This document shows positions 1 through 14,846 of a DNA stretch of 64,000 nucleotides, piece by piece. This DNA comes from Octopus bimaculoides (lineage: Eukaryota): positions 22,051,452-22,115,451 of the forward strand of contig NC_068999.1 in assembly GCF_001194135.2 (NCBI RefSeq). Direction: 5' to 3'. A program made the position numbers and the translations under genes. Positions within the stretch are counted from its first letter, which is position 1; each line of letters starts with the position of its first letter. The notes under the pieces are model-generated. The model was not told the DNA's origin. It saw nothing but the letters and a program-made list of their open reading frames with translations, and did no database searches.

Positions 1-208
1 AGGCTAGGCGACAGGTTTATTTAGTCAGAGGGGAAGCAGATAAGAAAAGATTTGCCAATGTTCTGCACCGTGAGGACCAAAGACTCGAGGTATTTCGTGT
101 TGCAAGACAGTGTAGGAGAGAGAATAGTGATGTTGTAGGAGAGAAATGTGTTCGCATGGATGATGGTACGCTTGCACTAAATGAGGCTGCAAAGAAAGAA
201 GTCTGGAG
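1..208 (+). mobile_element. RTE-type LINE ORF2 fragment
   Basis: Frame 3 reads ARRQVYLVRGEADKKRFANVLHREDQRLEVFRVARQC...GEKCVRMDDGTLAL, typical of the linker between EN and RT. Confidence 0.7.
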
Positions 209-932
209 AGTGTGGGACGTTTTTCTTTTCCCCTCTGGCCGTTTGTCTGCCTGCTTCCATGATTCTAGTGGTCGGTTCATTAACTGATGTTAGCTTTCTC
301 TCAACTCAAGAGTTGTCACCAAAGTGACTCACTGATTTTTGCTTGGGGTTCTTGCTTTTATAACTATCCAGAAGAATAGACATATCGTTGAGAACAATGG
401 ATTTAGTTGGTGGTCTTGTTATCTTAATTCTAGCTTTTGGTGAAATAGAAGAGGTTAGAAAGGTCAAGTGGTGAAGACATTATTTCAGCCTAGCTAAAGC
501 AATCTGGCAAATGTAAAACTGCTGTCACAGAAAAACTATTGTTTTACCATGAGAAAAGTTCTGTTCAACTGTTAAATTAAATTTGGCTTTGGTGGATCGA
601 ATCTACTTCATGCTTGCAAGATTCACTACAGATCTGTATCACATTGATTACTGATCTAAGAATTATTGAATCAACCTTCCAGCCATGGGTCCCTTATCTT
701 TATTGTGGGTATGTTGTTTAAAATCTAAAATGCAATTCTATGCTTAGGATATCCTTTATCCTGTTTAACCTTTTGTTTTGGGGAATGTGAAGGTTATAGT
801 TCAAAATTCAGTCAAGTGTTTAAGCTTTTGTAATTAGAGAAGTATGCTGTTAGGTGACTGAGCTTTTAAGTCAGAATGCAAGTAGGTGGGAAGGTTAGTT
901 GGTGAACAGATTTCTTTACTTATATATAGACA

Positions 933-1090
933 TGACAGGCTTCCATGCAGTTTCCATTTACCACATTCATTCACAAGGCATTGGTTAGCACAGGGCTATT
1001 GTCGAAGACACTTGCTCAAGATGCCAAACAGTGTGACTGAACTCAAAACCACATGGTTGCAAAGTGAGCATTTTAACTACAGTCATGCTT
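933..1090 (-). mobile_element. tRNA-derived SINE family A, degenerate 5' half
   Basis: Similar to the many in-window copies (cacaaggc...gaagacacttgc..aag...gactgaac...accacatgg). Confidence 0.7.
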
Positions 1091-1194
1091 GCTCCTATAA
1101 AGCAGGAATTTTTTTTTGTTTTGTTTTTTGTTCTGAGAGAAATTTAGTTGCTTGATCGAACAGGTTGAGTAATTTCTTAGAAGCTCTTTCTGTA

Positions 1195-1565
<371 letters not shown>

Positions 1566-1979
1566 TGACATATGATTACATAGCAGTTAATCTCTTTTGG
1601 AAGTAAAATAGCATTGAATATATTTTCTTGTGCTTTGGAACATTCATTCATTTGCAACTAAGTATAACTTGAATATTATTCATAGAATGTGCTTTTCTTA
1701 TTCTCTATTGAAGCAAGTAAAAAGTATATAAAAATTGAAGCTGCTTCTGTTTAAATTGTGAATTCTACCAGACTTAAGAAATGTTTCATCTGTCATTAGT
1801 TATTCTATAATACCATAAAGATTACCAGCTGGACAAGTTAACATTTTTTTTGTCTTTTCATAAGTACTATTTGTAAAATTTTACATTTTTCATTTTCATT
1901 CTTGTGCTCAAATTGTAAACTGTATCTATGTAATTTTTTATTTCTCTGCATTAAAAAGTGTCTTATATTTTACTTTCAG

Positions 1980-2069
1980 TTAATGTACATATTAAAGATA
2001 AGTTTGGAAAAAATCCCTTGGAAAATTTCCTTCTGATGAGATCTAAATCTAAAAACATTGAAGAAGAAA
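1980..2069 (+). CDS. SHOC1: SHOC1-like exon ([30 protein letters not shown])
   Basis: tttcag|TT...GAAA|gttagt; 90 nt, phase 1-1; PLENFLLMR resembles SHOC1 LSDFIMLR. Confidence 0.8.
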
Positions 2070-2279
2070 GTTAGTTGAATATTTACTACTTAATTATGGG
2101 ATTGCAACACATTTTACCAATGTAAAATTTAAAATTCATAAAATGAGTTAAGTTTGTAAAATATCATGGTCTTATCACAAATGTGGGAAATGAACTCTTT
2201 TCATTTACCTTATTTTAAGAATAACATTAATCATTTTTGTCAATGTAGACTTTTGTTGACTTTCTCAGAACCTATGTGT

Positions 2280-2280
2280 T

Positions 2281-2333
<53 letters not shown>

Positions 2334-3560
2334 TTAACATCTGTTGTCCATGCTGGATTGGGTTGGGTGGTTTGGCTGGGTTGGCATGCTGAAAGGCTGC
2401 ACCAGACTCCAGTCTGATTTGGTATGGTTTCTATTGCTGGATACCCTTCCTAATGCCAACAACTCCGATAGTGTAATGAGTGCCTTTACTACCATTTGCA
2501 TGACACCAGGGTGCATTTACGTGCCACCGGCATGGGTGGCAATTTGTGTAACACCAGTATCTGCCATGACTGTGATTTTGCTTAGCTTGATGGGTCTTCT
2601 GAAGCATGACATAATGCCAAATGTCTTGGTCATTGCCTTCATGCGGCCAAACACTCGAAAGGAACTCAGCCACTTTGTGGTGTGCAACACTGTGCTGGTA
2701 TGGTCATGTGCTGTGTATGAACAAGAACAGCTGTGTAAAGAAGTGCCAATCTCTAACTGTGGAGGGAGTCTGTGGTAGAAATAGACCCAGAAAGACATCA
2801 GATGAGGTGGTGAAGCATGATCTTTGAACTTTGAGCCTCATAGATAATGGAAGCTATCTACTATCTTCTCAAGCACAGCACATCACCAAAGGTTTCAGTC
2901 ACTAATCATTGCTTCTATGAGGCTCAAAGTTCGAAGATCATGCTTCACCACCTCATCCCATATCTTCCTGGGTCTACCTCTACCACAGACTCCCTCCACA
3001 GTTAGAGATTGGCACTTCTTTACAGAGCTGTCCTTGTTCATACACATCACATGACCATACCAGCACAGTCTTGCGCATCACATCTGATTCCTCTTATGTT
3101 TAACTTTTCTCTTAAGATGCTTACATTCTGTCGAACATGCACACTGACATTTTACATCCAGCAAAGCATACTGGCTTCATTTCTTTCAAGCCTATGCATG
3201 CCCTCAGCTGTCACAGCCTATGTTTCACTGCTATACAACATAGCTGTTCACACACAAGCATCAAACAATCTGCCTTTCACTCTGAGAGAGAGGCCCTTTG
3301 TTACCAGCAGGGGTAGGAGCTCTCTGAACTTTGCCCAACCTAATATTATTCACACAGCTACTCTCATAGAGCATCTCCCTTCACTACTAACTTGGTCACC
3401 TAGATAACGGAAGCTATCTACTATCTCTAGTTTGCACCCCATCCCCCGGTAGTTGATGGAGTCTATTATCTGCACATTTTCAGCATTTATTGTACTTGTG
3501 CATCTTCCACATACAAAAGTTAGTTTCCCTGTTAACCTTCCTCTGATGTTGCTGCACCTT
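2280..3560 (-). mobile_element. RTE-type LINE 3' portion with (ATG)n tail, internally rearranged
   Basis: (CAT)n at 2280-2333; minus-strand peptide LEIVDSFRYLGD; similar to the plus-strand copy at 46620-47120. Confidence 0.8.
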
Positions 3561-3807
3561 TTATTGTCCAAAGCTTACACTGGGTGCATCTTATGAAATT
3601 TCTTCCTACACCTTTTCTACAGATTGATCAGGGCCATCTCCTTGAAGGGATTTGTGATTTGTCTGCCTTCCTATTTACTGTGACTTAGGTTTTTACTAGG
3701 TTAACTATAAGGCCCTTTGATTCTAGACCTTGCTTCCATACCTGGAACTTCTCTGGTTCAGGTAGTGATTCAGCTATAAGAGCAAGGTCATCAGCATAGA
3801 GGAACTC

Positions 3808-4230
3808 TCAGGGGCAGCCTGTCATGAATTCCGCTGTTATTGCCTGGAGGAATATGATGAACAAGAGGGGGCTAAGTACTGATCCTTGGTGAACCCCTAC
3901 CCTGAATTGTTTGCTGTACTTGTTGCCCACCCTCAACTTACTGGTAGCATCCCTGTACAACGCTTGTACAGCTCTCAACAAGCACTCCTCTATCCGTAGT
4001 TTCCACATTGACCACCAGGTAAGGGACCGGGGGACTCTGTCAAAAGCTTTCTCCAAGTCAACAAAAGCCAAGTACAGAGGTTTATCTTTGGCTAGGTATT
4101 TTTCTTGCAGTTGCCTTATCAGAAATATAGCAGCAGTGGTGCTTCTACCTGGTATAAAACCAAACTGTATCTCATCTAGACTAACTCTCTCCCTAATTAG
4201 TTGGACTATGGCTCTCTCCATAACTTTCAT
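3808..4230 (-). mobile_element. RTE-type LINE reverse transcriptase fragment
   Basis: QFGFIPGRSTTAAIF...FVDLEKAFDRVPR...GVHQGSVLSPLLF. Confidence 0.92.
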
Positions 4231-4595
4231 ATGTGTGTGTGTGTTTTACACGCACACTCACATGTAGAGATTTATTAGCTATGCAGTAAGAAGGATTAGG
4301 ATGTTTGACTTATTAACACAGTTGAACACTTCAGCTACTTGGGAGTGTCATTTCTAATGACACAATTTTTGAAAATAATATTGACAATCATATTGCCAAA
4401 GTCAGCACTCACTTTGGATGTCTGCAGAAGCATGTATGGCAGATTTATGTACTCAACAACTGATAATCTTTGTTTACAGTGCACTATCAATGAAGATATG
4501 TATTCATAAACATTTAGAGTAGTAAATATTATTAGTCGGCTCTCTTCAAAGTACATATATTCCTTACTACAGTTTATAGGATCCTGAAAACAACT

Positions 4596-4822
4596 TTAAC
4601 TCTTTAGCATTCAGATTAATCTATCAACTGTAATGCTTATTTATTCACATTGTTCAAATGAGTCATGCATTATCTCATGGCTTTGAGATTCTGAAAATGT
4701 GGTTCTTTATTTTTAGAATGACATTGTAGGGAAGGTGTGAGAGGCCAAATCTGGTCAGTTTGAACATGAAAGAGGTGAAATATTTGGGCCAGATATGGCC
4801 TTTTTGAATGATAAAGGGTTAA
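4596..4822. mobile_element. piggyBac-type MITE, copy 1
   Basis: TTAA|CTCTTTAGCATTCA ... TGAATGATAAAGGG|TTAA; related copy at 13790-14016. Confidence 0.75.
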
Positions 4823-6275
4823 ACAAAAAATTTCTAATTTTCTTGCTTTATTTTCTTATAACCAGCAATTTTCAGCTCTTGTTAGTGCTTTCAGCTATAT
4901 CCCAAACATAATCAAATCTGTTTTTTGTTTAATTTCTCATTAGCCATACTTTTTCTAGCTTCAGAAGGAATGTAAGACAAATTATTTCCCTGCCTTTGGG
5001 ATTCCTTCCTACCCTTAAACTTCTGCCAATAACTGATCAGATAACCATTTGAAATTTTCTCTCTCTTCTGTCATAGCAATTTTGTCTGGATCAATAAATT
5101 AAAAAAAAGTTTCCATAAGAAAACAATTAGCTATGTTAACTTATTGTTTTTCTCCGAGGATTTCTTACGTGTGTGTGCGTGTGTGCATGCGTGCATGTGT
5201 GTGTGCATATGTGTTTGCGTCTGTATTTGTCCCTCTACTACTGCTTGACAACTAGCATTAGTGTGTTTATGTTCCCATAACTTAGTGGTTCAGCAAAAGC
5301 GAATGATAGAACAAGTACCAGATTTTTTTTTAAATACTGGAGTCGATTCATTCAACTAAAAAATTTTTCATGCAGTACCCCAGCATCACTGCAGTCTAAT
5401 GACTGAAACAAGTAAAAGAAAAAAAAAGGAAAATATATAGTACACTATATATTTGATAAATTCTATTGTGTAAATAGGAATACTTTTTCTGTTACAAACA
5501 CAGCTCTAATATTTATTTTATGTTTATTGTATTTCTCTGTGACATCTTTTATTGATAGTACATTATATCTTAGAACACTCTGATTTATACTTGTCCCAGT
5601 TTGAGAAGTAGGTGGAGCAATATTGGTAGCTATCAAAATATTTTAAATACACGTTACACCAACTCAAATATTGGCAGCTGGACAAATACTGACTCATCTT
5701 GATTGGAAATGCAATATCTTTTTATCAATTGTTTATATCTATTTCTCTACGTAGGTGAACCCTTTGAAACTCTTGAATGAAATCACAATGAATATTGTTT
5801 ATATTATCAAGTATTTTAGAATATTTCATGCAAAAGTTTATCATTTTGAAGAATATTTTTAACTTGATCAAAACAAATGTTTTATATTTTATAGAGTTTT
5901 TTCAGATGGATCTATTAATTCTCTTCAATTTATATACAAAATTCATAAGAATTATAGAACTCTTGCTGAATTGAATTGAATATTATGTTGTTTGCAAAAA
6001 AAAAAAAAAAAAAAAAAAAGAAAAAAAGAAGAAAACTAAGCATAGAAAATTAAAGAAACTAAATTAAGAAATAAAACTCATCATATCTATTTTTTATCAT
6101 ATCCCTCCCCCAGCCTTTTTCTTTTTTTCTCATTATTAACACATCCTGATTTTGTTAAAATTGTGTTTTAAATTCTATGTGATAACATGAACAATAGCTA
6201 ATGTAATATTTCTTTAAACTTTCAGTTTCTAGTGGTGTTTTTTTAAATATTTGAAATGCAATTCTCATTTTACAG

Positions 6276-6386
6276 AAAAAAATGAATCTAGTCCTAAGGA
6301 AAATAAAATTAGAAAAACTGAATTAAATCAATATTCAGTGAAGCATTATGAACTTAAAGAAGCCATTCTATTTGTTCCATTAACTG
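6276..6386 (+). CDS. SHOC1: SHOC1-like exon ([11 protein letters not shown]...EAILFVPLT)
   Basis: ttttacag|AA...ACTG|gtaatt; 111 nt, phase 1-1. Confidence 0.75.
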
Positions 6387-7229
6387 GTAATTATTATTTT
6401 TTTAGTAAACAAAAACTTCAGTTTGTTTACATATAGAATTTTAATTGAATATTATCATAAAGTCATGAGGTGGAATGTTTTTGTTGAAATTGTTCGGAAT
6501 ATTAAGCCTTATATGTTAGAGAGCAAGGAGAGAGGAGAAAATGTGTAAACAGGATTAGTTATGTTAAGCCCATTGAAACTTCAAGTCTGTATTAAGTGAT
6601 TAATTAATTACTCTTTTGCCATAGATCTATTGAACATAATTTGACCAAGTCTGCTCAACTGAAAAAAGTAATTTTTTTCTCTAAATTTTAAAGTAAAGTA
6701 TAATTAAAACTGGATAAAATGTAAAATGAAAATATATTAATAAAAGTAAGGTGAACTTAATAATTCATTAAGAAATATTAGGATTCCTTGAAAGAAATAA
6801 ATGAAATAAAACAAAATGTGTTTAGCAAAGATTACGTTTCTTATTTCTATAAACATGTACATCCATCCATCCATCTTCTTTGCCAACTATTCTTGGGAAA
6901 GTTATAGAGGTACAGTCCTCAGGCACCTTCTCCATGGAGCCCTTTCAAAAGCAACCATTATTATAACACTTTGCAACTGAATTCCCGAGTGTAGCTGATT
7001 GAAACTGGGCATTATCCAGTCACCTCATTTTTGGTCTATTCCTAGGTCTCCTGGGAGTAGACCATTTCTAATCTCACATGGAAAAAATGTATGGCATCAG
7101 AGAAACATTACCTAGCTTTGGGACAGGTGAATGCTGATGACAAATAAGGCATCTGGCTGTAGAAAATGTGCTCCACAGAATTCCATCTGACTCATGCAAG
7201 CATGAAAAAGGGGACATTGAAATTATGAC

Positions 7230-7660
7230 TACAGTATTGTTGATGATGAATGCATCTTTTATCTTTTACTTGTTCCAGTCATTAGACTGCAGTCAACAGT
7301 CATTAAACTTTCTGTCTGGATTCCCAAGTATGACCAACTGAGACTATGGATATTATCCAAACATCTCATTCTTAGAATACCTCTAGGTCTCTTGCCATTT
7401 AGCTCAGCTTGAAAAATCCATCTTGCAATTTTTTCCTGTGACATTCTGATAACATGTCTGTAGTACTGCAGCTGTGACCACTTGATGTGGAAAAGTAGTG
7501 GCTCTATCTGGAGAAACTCTCTAATCTCCAAGCTGCACATCCTATTGACTAATATTTCTCCAGAGAACCCCATTTTGGCTGCTTGAACTCACAATCTTAC
7601 TCTTTTAGTCATTATCCAACATTCACGACCATAGATGAGGTTAGGCATTAATGCTGCATT
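7230..7660 (-). mobile_element. LINE ORF2 C-terminal remnant
   Basis: QLQYYRHVIRMSQEKIARWIFQAELNGKRPRG; KFNAALMPNLIYGRECW. Confidence 0.75.
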
Positions 7661-8223
7661 GAACTTAGCGAGTTTGGATATTTTACTAACCTCTCCTCTT
7701 CTGAGGCTCAAATACTGGAGATGGATATATTTATTTCTATAAATATATGAAAGTAAATCTTTTTTGGTATATAATATAGATAATACCTCCAAAATTAGTT
7801 TCATCACCTTTTTTCATATTTCTCTATATCAGCATTCTTTATTTAATTATTTCATCATTGTCATTGTCATCATCATCATCATTTAACATCTGTTTTCCAT
7901 GCTGTAGTCTCCATTGTTTGTTCTGGCATGGTTTTTATGGCTGGATGCCCTTCCTAATGCCAACCACTCCACAGAGTATACAGGATACTTTTTATGTGGT
8001 ACTAGCTCCTGTACTTTCAATATTGCACCAACATGAGTGCTTTTTATGTAACACTGGCACCAGTATTAATTCTGCTGTGGTGGACAGGTCTTCTTGAGTA
8101 CAGCAAAGAGCCAGATATCTCAGTTCCTTGTCATCTCCTTTGTAAGGCTCAGTGTCTTGAGATTGTACTTAAATTTATCTGTTTTTTGTAATATACATTT
8201 GGGTTCTTAATCTGTCCATTTAA

Positions 8224-8487
<264 letters not shown>

Positions 8488-8539
8488 TAATACTTTTTAC
8501 TTTTATCTTTTATCTTACTTGTTTCAGATTGTGGCCATG

Positions 8540-9085
8540 CTTGGGACACTTGGAGAATTTTTTAGTCAAATGAATCAACCCCAGTACTTATATTTTTTTA
8601 AAGCCTAGTACTTATTCTATCAGTCTCTTATGCTGAACTGCTAAGTTACAGGGACGTAAACACACTGGCAGCAGTTGTCAAGCAGTGGTGGTGGTGGTGG
8701 TGGTGGTGGGCAAACACACACACGCACACGCATGCACACACACACACTTCTTTCAGTTTTTGTCTACCAAATCCACTCACAAGGTTTTAGTTAACCCAAG
8801 GCTGTAATAGAAGTTACTTGCCCAAGGTGCCAAGTAGTGAGACTGAACCTGGAACCATGTGGTTGGGAAGCAACCTTCTTACCACGCAGTCATGCCTGAT
8901 TATTTATTATATCTACATATAGGTGCAGGATTGGCAGTATGGTAAGAAGTTTACTTCCCAGCCATATAATTCCAGGTTTAGTCCCACTGCATGGCACATT
9001 GGGCAAGTATCTTCTACTATAGCCTTGGCCAACCAAAGCCTTGTGAGTGGATTTGGTAGATGGAAACTGAAAGAAGCCCATCATA
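8540..9085. mobile_element. SINE family A copies, head-to-head (minus about 8540-8890; plus 5' half about 8925-9085)
   Basis: Inverted similarity between 8760-8890 and 8925-9080. Confidence 0.75.
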
Positions 9086-9329
9086 TACACAAGCATGACA
9101 GAAGTAAATATACACCCTTATAATCGTTAAAATTTCTTTAAATCTGAAATTATACATTCAAATGTTTTATTTATTATTATAATGTGAATGTCTAATATTT
9201 AGTAGACATGCCCTTTTCATTTTCAATGCAAGGACCCTATTAAGCATGCTACTGATCAGATGACAAATATTCTCTTCAGGAATTTCTTGTCAAGTTTCAT
9301 GCAGTAGTCTCAAAAGGTCTGGCTTTGAG

Positions 9330-10150
9330 AATGCTTTCTTGTTCTTTTTACGAAGTATCCTATCCATTATGCCCCAGAGGTGTTCAATAGACTATCTGGT
9401 GACTAGCTTGGCCATGGAAGCTTCTTAATGCCATTCTCTTCCAACAAATCTTGGGTCTTTTTAGCTGTGTGACAAGGAGCCCCATCTTCCATAAATAAAG
9501 AGTCTTTAATCATTTCACCACTGGAGAAGATTGGGAGGAATCCCTTCTACAATATGGACACATATTTATTTTGAGTTTATGTTTCCCTCACACTCCACCA
9601 GCTCTGATCAACCATTACTCCAAATTGCTCCCTAGACCATCACAAAACAGCTGCTGCATTTCATTGTTGGCTGCAATTTTTTCACATCAGATTCTTGACC
9701 ATGGAGTCTCCAGACCCACACTCAATCACTGTCAGAAAATACAGCAAATCTGGGCTCATCAGAGAATATGACAGTGTACCAAAATGCTAGTGGCCTCTCC
9801 ACCATCTCACTGGCCCAATCTCTTCTCCACTTGTTATTGGCTTGTTGAAGAAGTGGCTTCCTTCTTACTGTTCTGCCATAGTAGCCAAGTTTGTGGAGAT
9901 ACCTGACAGCAGTTCTGGGTCTAAAATAACTTGTTCTTCTATATCAGAGGTCTTGCAATGAGGATTATCCTACACACTTCTCTTAACAGAGTGAAGGATC
10001 TTGTCAGAAGGCCTTGGTCAGCCTGGGTGAGGTGATGTGGACTCCTTCCCTTTTCTGCTGAGTTGCACAATCACTCTATTAACTGTAGAAAATTGGATCA
10101 TAAGGTTTTCTGTGATTTTATGCTGACTACGTCACCTTCAGATTGACCCA
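9330..10150 (-). mobile_element. Tc1-like transposase remnant
   Basis: Minus strand YTVIFSDEPRF and FMEDGAPCHTAK...LPWPS*SPD; stops and frameshifts. Confidence 0.8.
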
Positions 10151-10686
10151 CAATTCGGCCTCTTTGAAATTCAGACAGTTCTAAGGTTTCTTTTTTATGT
10201 GGTATGATTAAATTGTCACATACAGAAGCTGAATCATAAAAATGTCAATTAATAAAAATATATATGCCTTTTCAAATTGAAATAAACATAAAACAATGTT
10301 TTATGGGGTGTCTATTTACTTCTGTCATGCCTGTCTATATGTGTGTGTATGTGTGTGCATGTGTGTGTGTGTGTGTCTCCCAGTACCACTTGACAACTGG
10401 TATTGGTATGTTTACATCCCCCATAACTTTATGTTCCCATAACTTAGCAAGTCTCCATAACTTCAGCAAAAGAGATTGATAGAATAAGTATCTGGCTTTA
10501 CAAAATTAAAAAAAGCTCTGGGGCTGATTCATCTGACTAAAATTCTTCAAGGCAGAGCCCCTGAATGGCCACAGTCTAATGACTGAAACAAATATTAAAA
10601 AAAAAAAAATTTGAAAGAGAATTTTTTTCTTATAAGAAATATTGCAACTACATATAATGGTTAACTTAAATATAACAATACAGTAA

Positions 10687-11001
<315 letters not shown>

Positions 11002-11009
11002 TAACATAC

Positions 11010-11300
11010 GTGGAGGCGCAATGGCCCAGTGGTTAGGGCAGCGGACTCGCGGTCATAGGATCGCAGTTTCGATTCCCAGACCGGGCGTTGTGAGTGTTTA
11101 TTGAGCGAAAACATCTAAAGCTCCATGAGGCTCCGGCAGGGGATGGTGGCGAACCCTGCTGTACTCTTTCACCACAACTTTCTCTCACTCTTACTTCCTG
11201 TTTCTGTTGTGACTGTAATTCAAAGGGTCAGCCTTGTCACACTGTGTCACGACCGGATCAACTGGAACCCTCGACGTCGTAACCAACGGAGTGCCAACAA
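11010..11300 (+). mobile_element. tRNA-derived SINE family C, CpG-rich (young); older copy at about 18530-18845
   Basis: Box A TGGCCCAGTGG, box B-like TTTCGATTCC, (CAA)n tail. Confidence 0.8.
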
Positions 11301-11500
11301 CAACAACATAACATACATATGAAGTGCACTGCCCTGCTGAAGCAGAAACATCAACTCACCAGGGTAATGCTGCAAGCATTGAGATCAGCAAGGAACAACA
11401 TACTGTGCAAATGACTACTGGTCACAACTCCTAAAATACATTTGACTCAACCTCGATTTCATGATTAATTAAATATTATTTTTCTCAGTATAACTTGTAA

Positions 11501-11818
<318 letters not shown>

Positions 11819-12228
11819 TAGTTGTTTCTTTATCCTTTTGATACAAAACATTTTTTTTTTAATATTGTTTATTATAACTGAGCCATATCCATATTTTGAT
11901 GGACCAAGGCTAACAATTGCTCTGAGAAATCTTATACTGTAGCTTGTAATTGTATGATTAAAATTATGTTGTTATACTACATTAAAGCAGTGTAGGCTTG
12001 AGGGATGTCCTATCAGGAATAAAAGATATGTACTACACTTTCAGTACAATACTTGACACAGACTTTAGACATACATAGTAAGTATCAAGGAATAGAAGGA
12101 ATAAGATAATGGACCAACATTTAAATTTTATTCACTTTGGATGCTCTTCAAACCATTGAACTGCAAACTGATGAAAGGAAAGAGATTTGACAAAGCATTC
12201 TTTAGGAGTTGATAAAATGTTTTCTAGT

Positions 12229-12304
<76 letters not shown>

Positions 12305-12674
12305 TGTTGTTGTACTTGGGGATGGTCATATTGCCAGTTTAGCCAATATATATATATGGCTTTGTGATAAAATGGCTTTTTGATGCAAAGAATTTAAAAT
12401 AATCATTTGTAGACACAATATTATAGTTGAGTAAGATATTAATTTTTGGATGGGTGATAAATTTAATGTAAGATGGATTATTACATACCAGCTAATTCAC
12501 AAAATACATAATCTACTTTGATCCAAAATCAAAATAATTTGAGATTATTGAGAGACTCTAGTTTGAAGTTGAGTAAGGATGGCTTCTCTATCCCACTATC
12601 TATCCCAGTTTCATAAGAAAAGTAGAATACAGCATTGAAAGTTAATGAGATACTTGCAAATATTATAATGTTGC

Positions 12675-12885
12675 AAGGCAGTGAGCTGGTGTAATTATTA
12701 GCACAGCAGGCAAAATGCTTAGTGGCATTTTGTCCATCTTTATGTTCTGAGTTCAAATTCCACTAAGGTTGTCTTTGCCTCTCATCCTTTTAGGGTCAAT
12801 AAAATAAGTATCAGCTAAGCCCTGGGCTCAACGTAATCAACTTGTGCCTTCCCCTGAAATTGTTGGACTTGTGCCAAAATTTGAA
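12675..12885 (+). mobile_element. tRNA-derived SINE family B copy
   Basis: ggcagtgagctgg...ttctgagttcaaattcc...cctttagggtcaataaaataagta. Confidence 0.75.
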
Positions 12886-13254
12886 ACCTATGTTACAGTG
12901 TTGCTACTGCAAACAGTTAAAAATTGTTTCTACTTAGTTTTATCTATTTACAACTTTGTAGACAGGACTGTTTAGATTTAAGTGCTTTGAGCATAGACAC
13001 AATACAGTTTCTGTAATAGAATATGAATTGCCAACTCATAGACTAATTCCATTACTTAAATGATTTGACCACCTGAACTTTCATCAAACATACAAAGACT
13101 TTTAAATATTTACATGTGCTTTTATGAGACTCATAATAGTCAGTTAGTATAGTAACTACCATTATCTTCTTCACGTCATGTATGATAAATTAAATATATT
13201 ACAAACAACCCAATACAAATGACCATAAAGAGAGAAGTCATGTTTGTACAAAAT

Positions 13255-13585
13255 ACGACTGTGTGGTAAGAAGTTTGCTTCCTAACATCATGGTTCCTGG
13301 TTCAGTTCCATTGCATGGTACCTTGGACAAGTATTTTCTATTATAGTCCCAGGCTGACCAAAGCCTTGTAAGTGGATTTGGCAAATGGAAATTGAAAGAA
13401 GCATGTTGTATAAATATATGTATGTACCTCTGTGTGGTAGAGGCTTCTTTCCATTTCTATCTACCAAATCCATTCACAAGGCTTTGGTTGGCCCAAGGCT
13501 GTAGTAGAAGACCAAGATGCTGCAGAGTGGATTGAACCAAGAACCATGTGGTTGGGAAGCAAATTCCTTCCACTTAGCCATGTCT
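13255..13585. mobile_element. Two SINE family A 5' halves, tail-to-tail
   Basis: 13258-13403 (+) and 13443-13580 (-) are reverse-complementary. Confidence 0.75.
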
Positions 13586-13789
13586 GCTCTCTTGTAAGAA
13601 AATTTCTTAACACACTTTTTTCTAGTGTGATCAAATGTTTTGTCCTCAAGATTTCTTTCTAAAAATGTCCCACTTTTAGCCACCATTAATAAGTTATTGT
13701 TAAACTCCAGTTGCTCTTATTTGAGCAGACCTATCTAATTGTGACCATCCAGTGCAATTAGGTATTATCCAATGTGTTCTTTTGTTCTT

Positions 13790-14016
13790 TTAACCTGTTA
13801 GCATTCAGAATATTCTGTTAACTGTAATGCTTATTTATTAACATTGTTTTGAATTAATGATGCATTATCTTGTAGATTTTAGATTTCAATGATGTGATGC
13901 TTATTTTTAGAATGCCACTGTAGGATAGGTGTGAGAGGATGGATCTGGCCATTTTGAACATAAAACAGGCAAAATGTTTGGGCCAGATATAGTTTGTTTA
14001 AATACTAAAGGGTTAA
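13790..14016. mobile_element. piggyBac-type MITE, copy 2
   Basis: TTAA|CCTGTTAGCATTCA ... CTAAAGGG|TTAA; body similar to 4596-4822. Confidence 0.75.
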
Positions 14017-14720
14017 GGCAGTAGAATGTGATCTGAAGGATATTTGGCTGCTATTTGCAGTAGCTAAAGCAACCACATAGAGGTTCATTCATTGACTCAG
14101 GAGAACAATAAGCCATTATCTTTGGTCATAATTGATGAAGCCTAAATATCTTACAAAACCTTTAAGTGAATTTGGAAAACTAATACCTACAACTTTTTTT
14201 TTTATATTAATTACTTAAAAGGTTTCTATATATTCTTTTGATATGTTCACCTCGAGGAAATAAATGTTTGTAGCATGTTATAACACTATCACAAGTAAGA
14301 GATATTTTCCTACTTGAATTTAGACATTATCATGCTTTCGCATGGCTTCAGTGTATTCTCAAAAGAATCATAAATCAAAACATTATCTTAATATATCAAA
14401 ACACTCTTTATACTCTTTAATATTGATTCCAGACCATTATAAAGTATTAAACTACTGTTCTTTGTCCCCCTTTATCAGCGATTTACTAAATAAAAGCTAC
14501 CAGTTTTGTTTTTATAGCATGTAACCCTCATGATACTTCATTTAATCCAATTTGCCAACAGGCTTTCTGTAATACAACAAGGAAATGTAGCAATTCACAT
14601 GAATCATTTGTGTGTGCGTGCGTGTGTGCGTGCATGCATGTATATGTCCATTAATTCCACACACAGAATTGTAGAGTGTTTAAGATCAAAAAACATTTAT
14701 ATATTTTGACCATTTCATAG

Positions 14721-14846
<126 letters not shown>

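Noticed and set aside
2166-2417. Poly-His ORF
   Set aside because: Translation of the (CAT)n LINE tail microsatellite.
5863-5985. Short open frame (DGSINSLQFIYKIHKNY) as a possible SHOC1 exon
   Set aside because: No donor before the stop and the phase is incompatible with flanking exons.
11010-11090. Possible tRNA gene, likewise other tRNA-like heads
   Set aside because: Acceptor and anticodon stems are poor and the head continues into a SINE body and tail.
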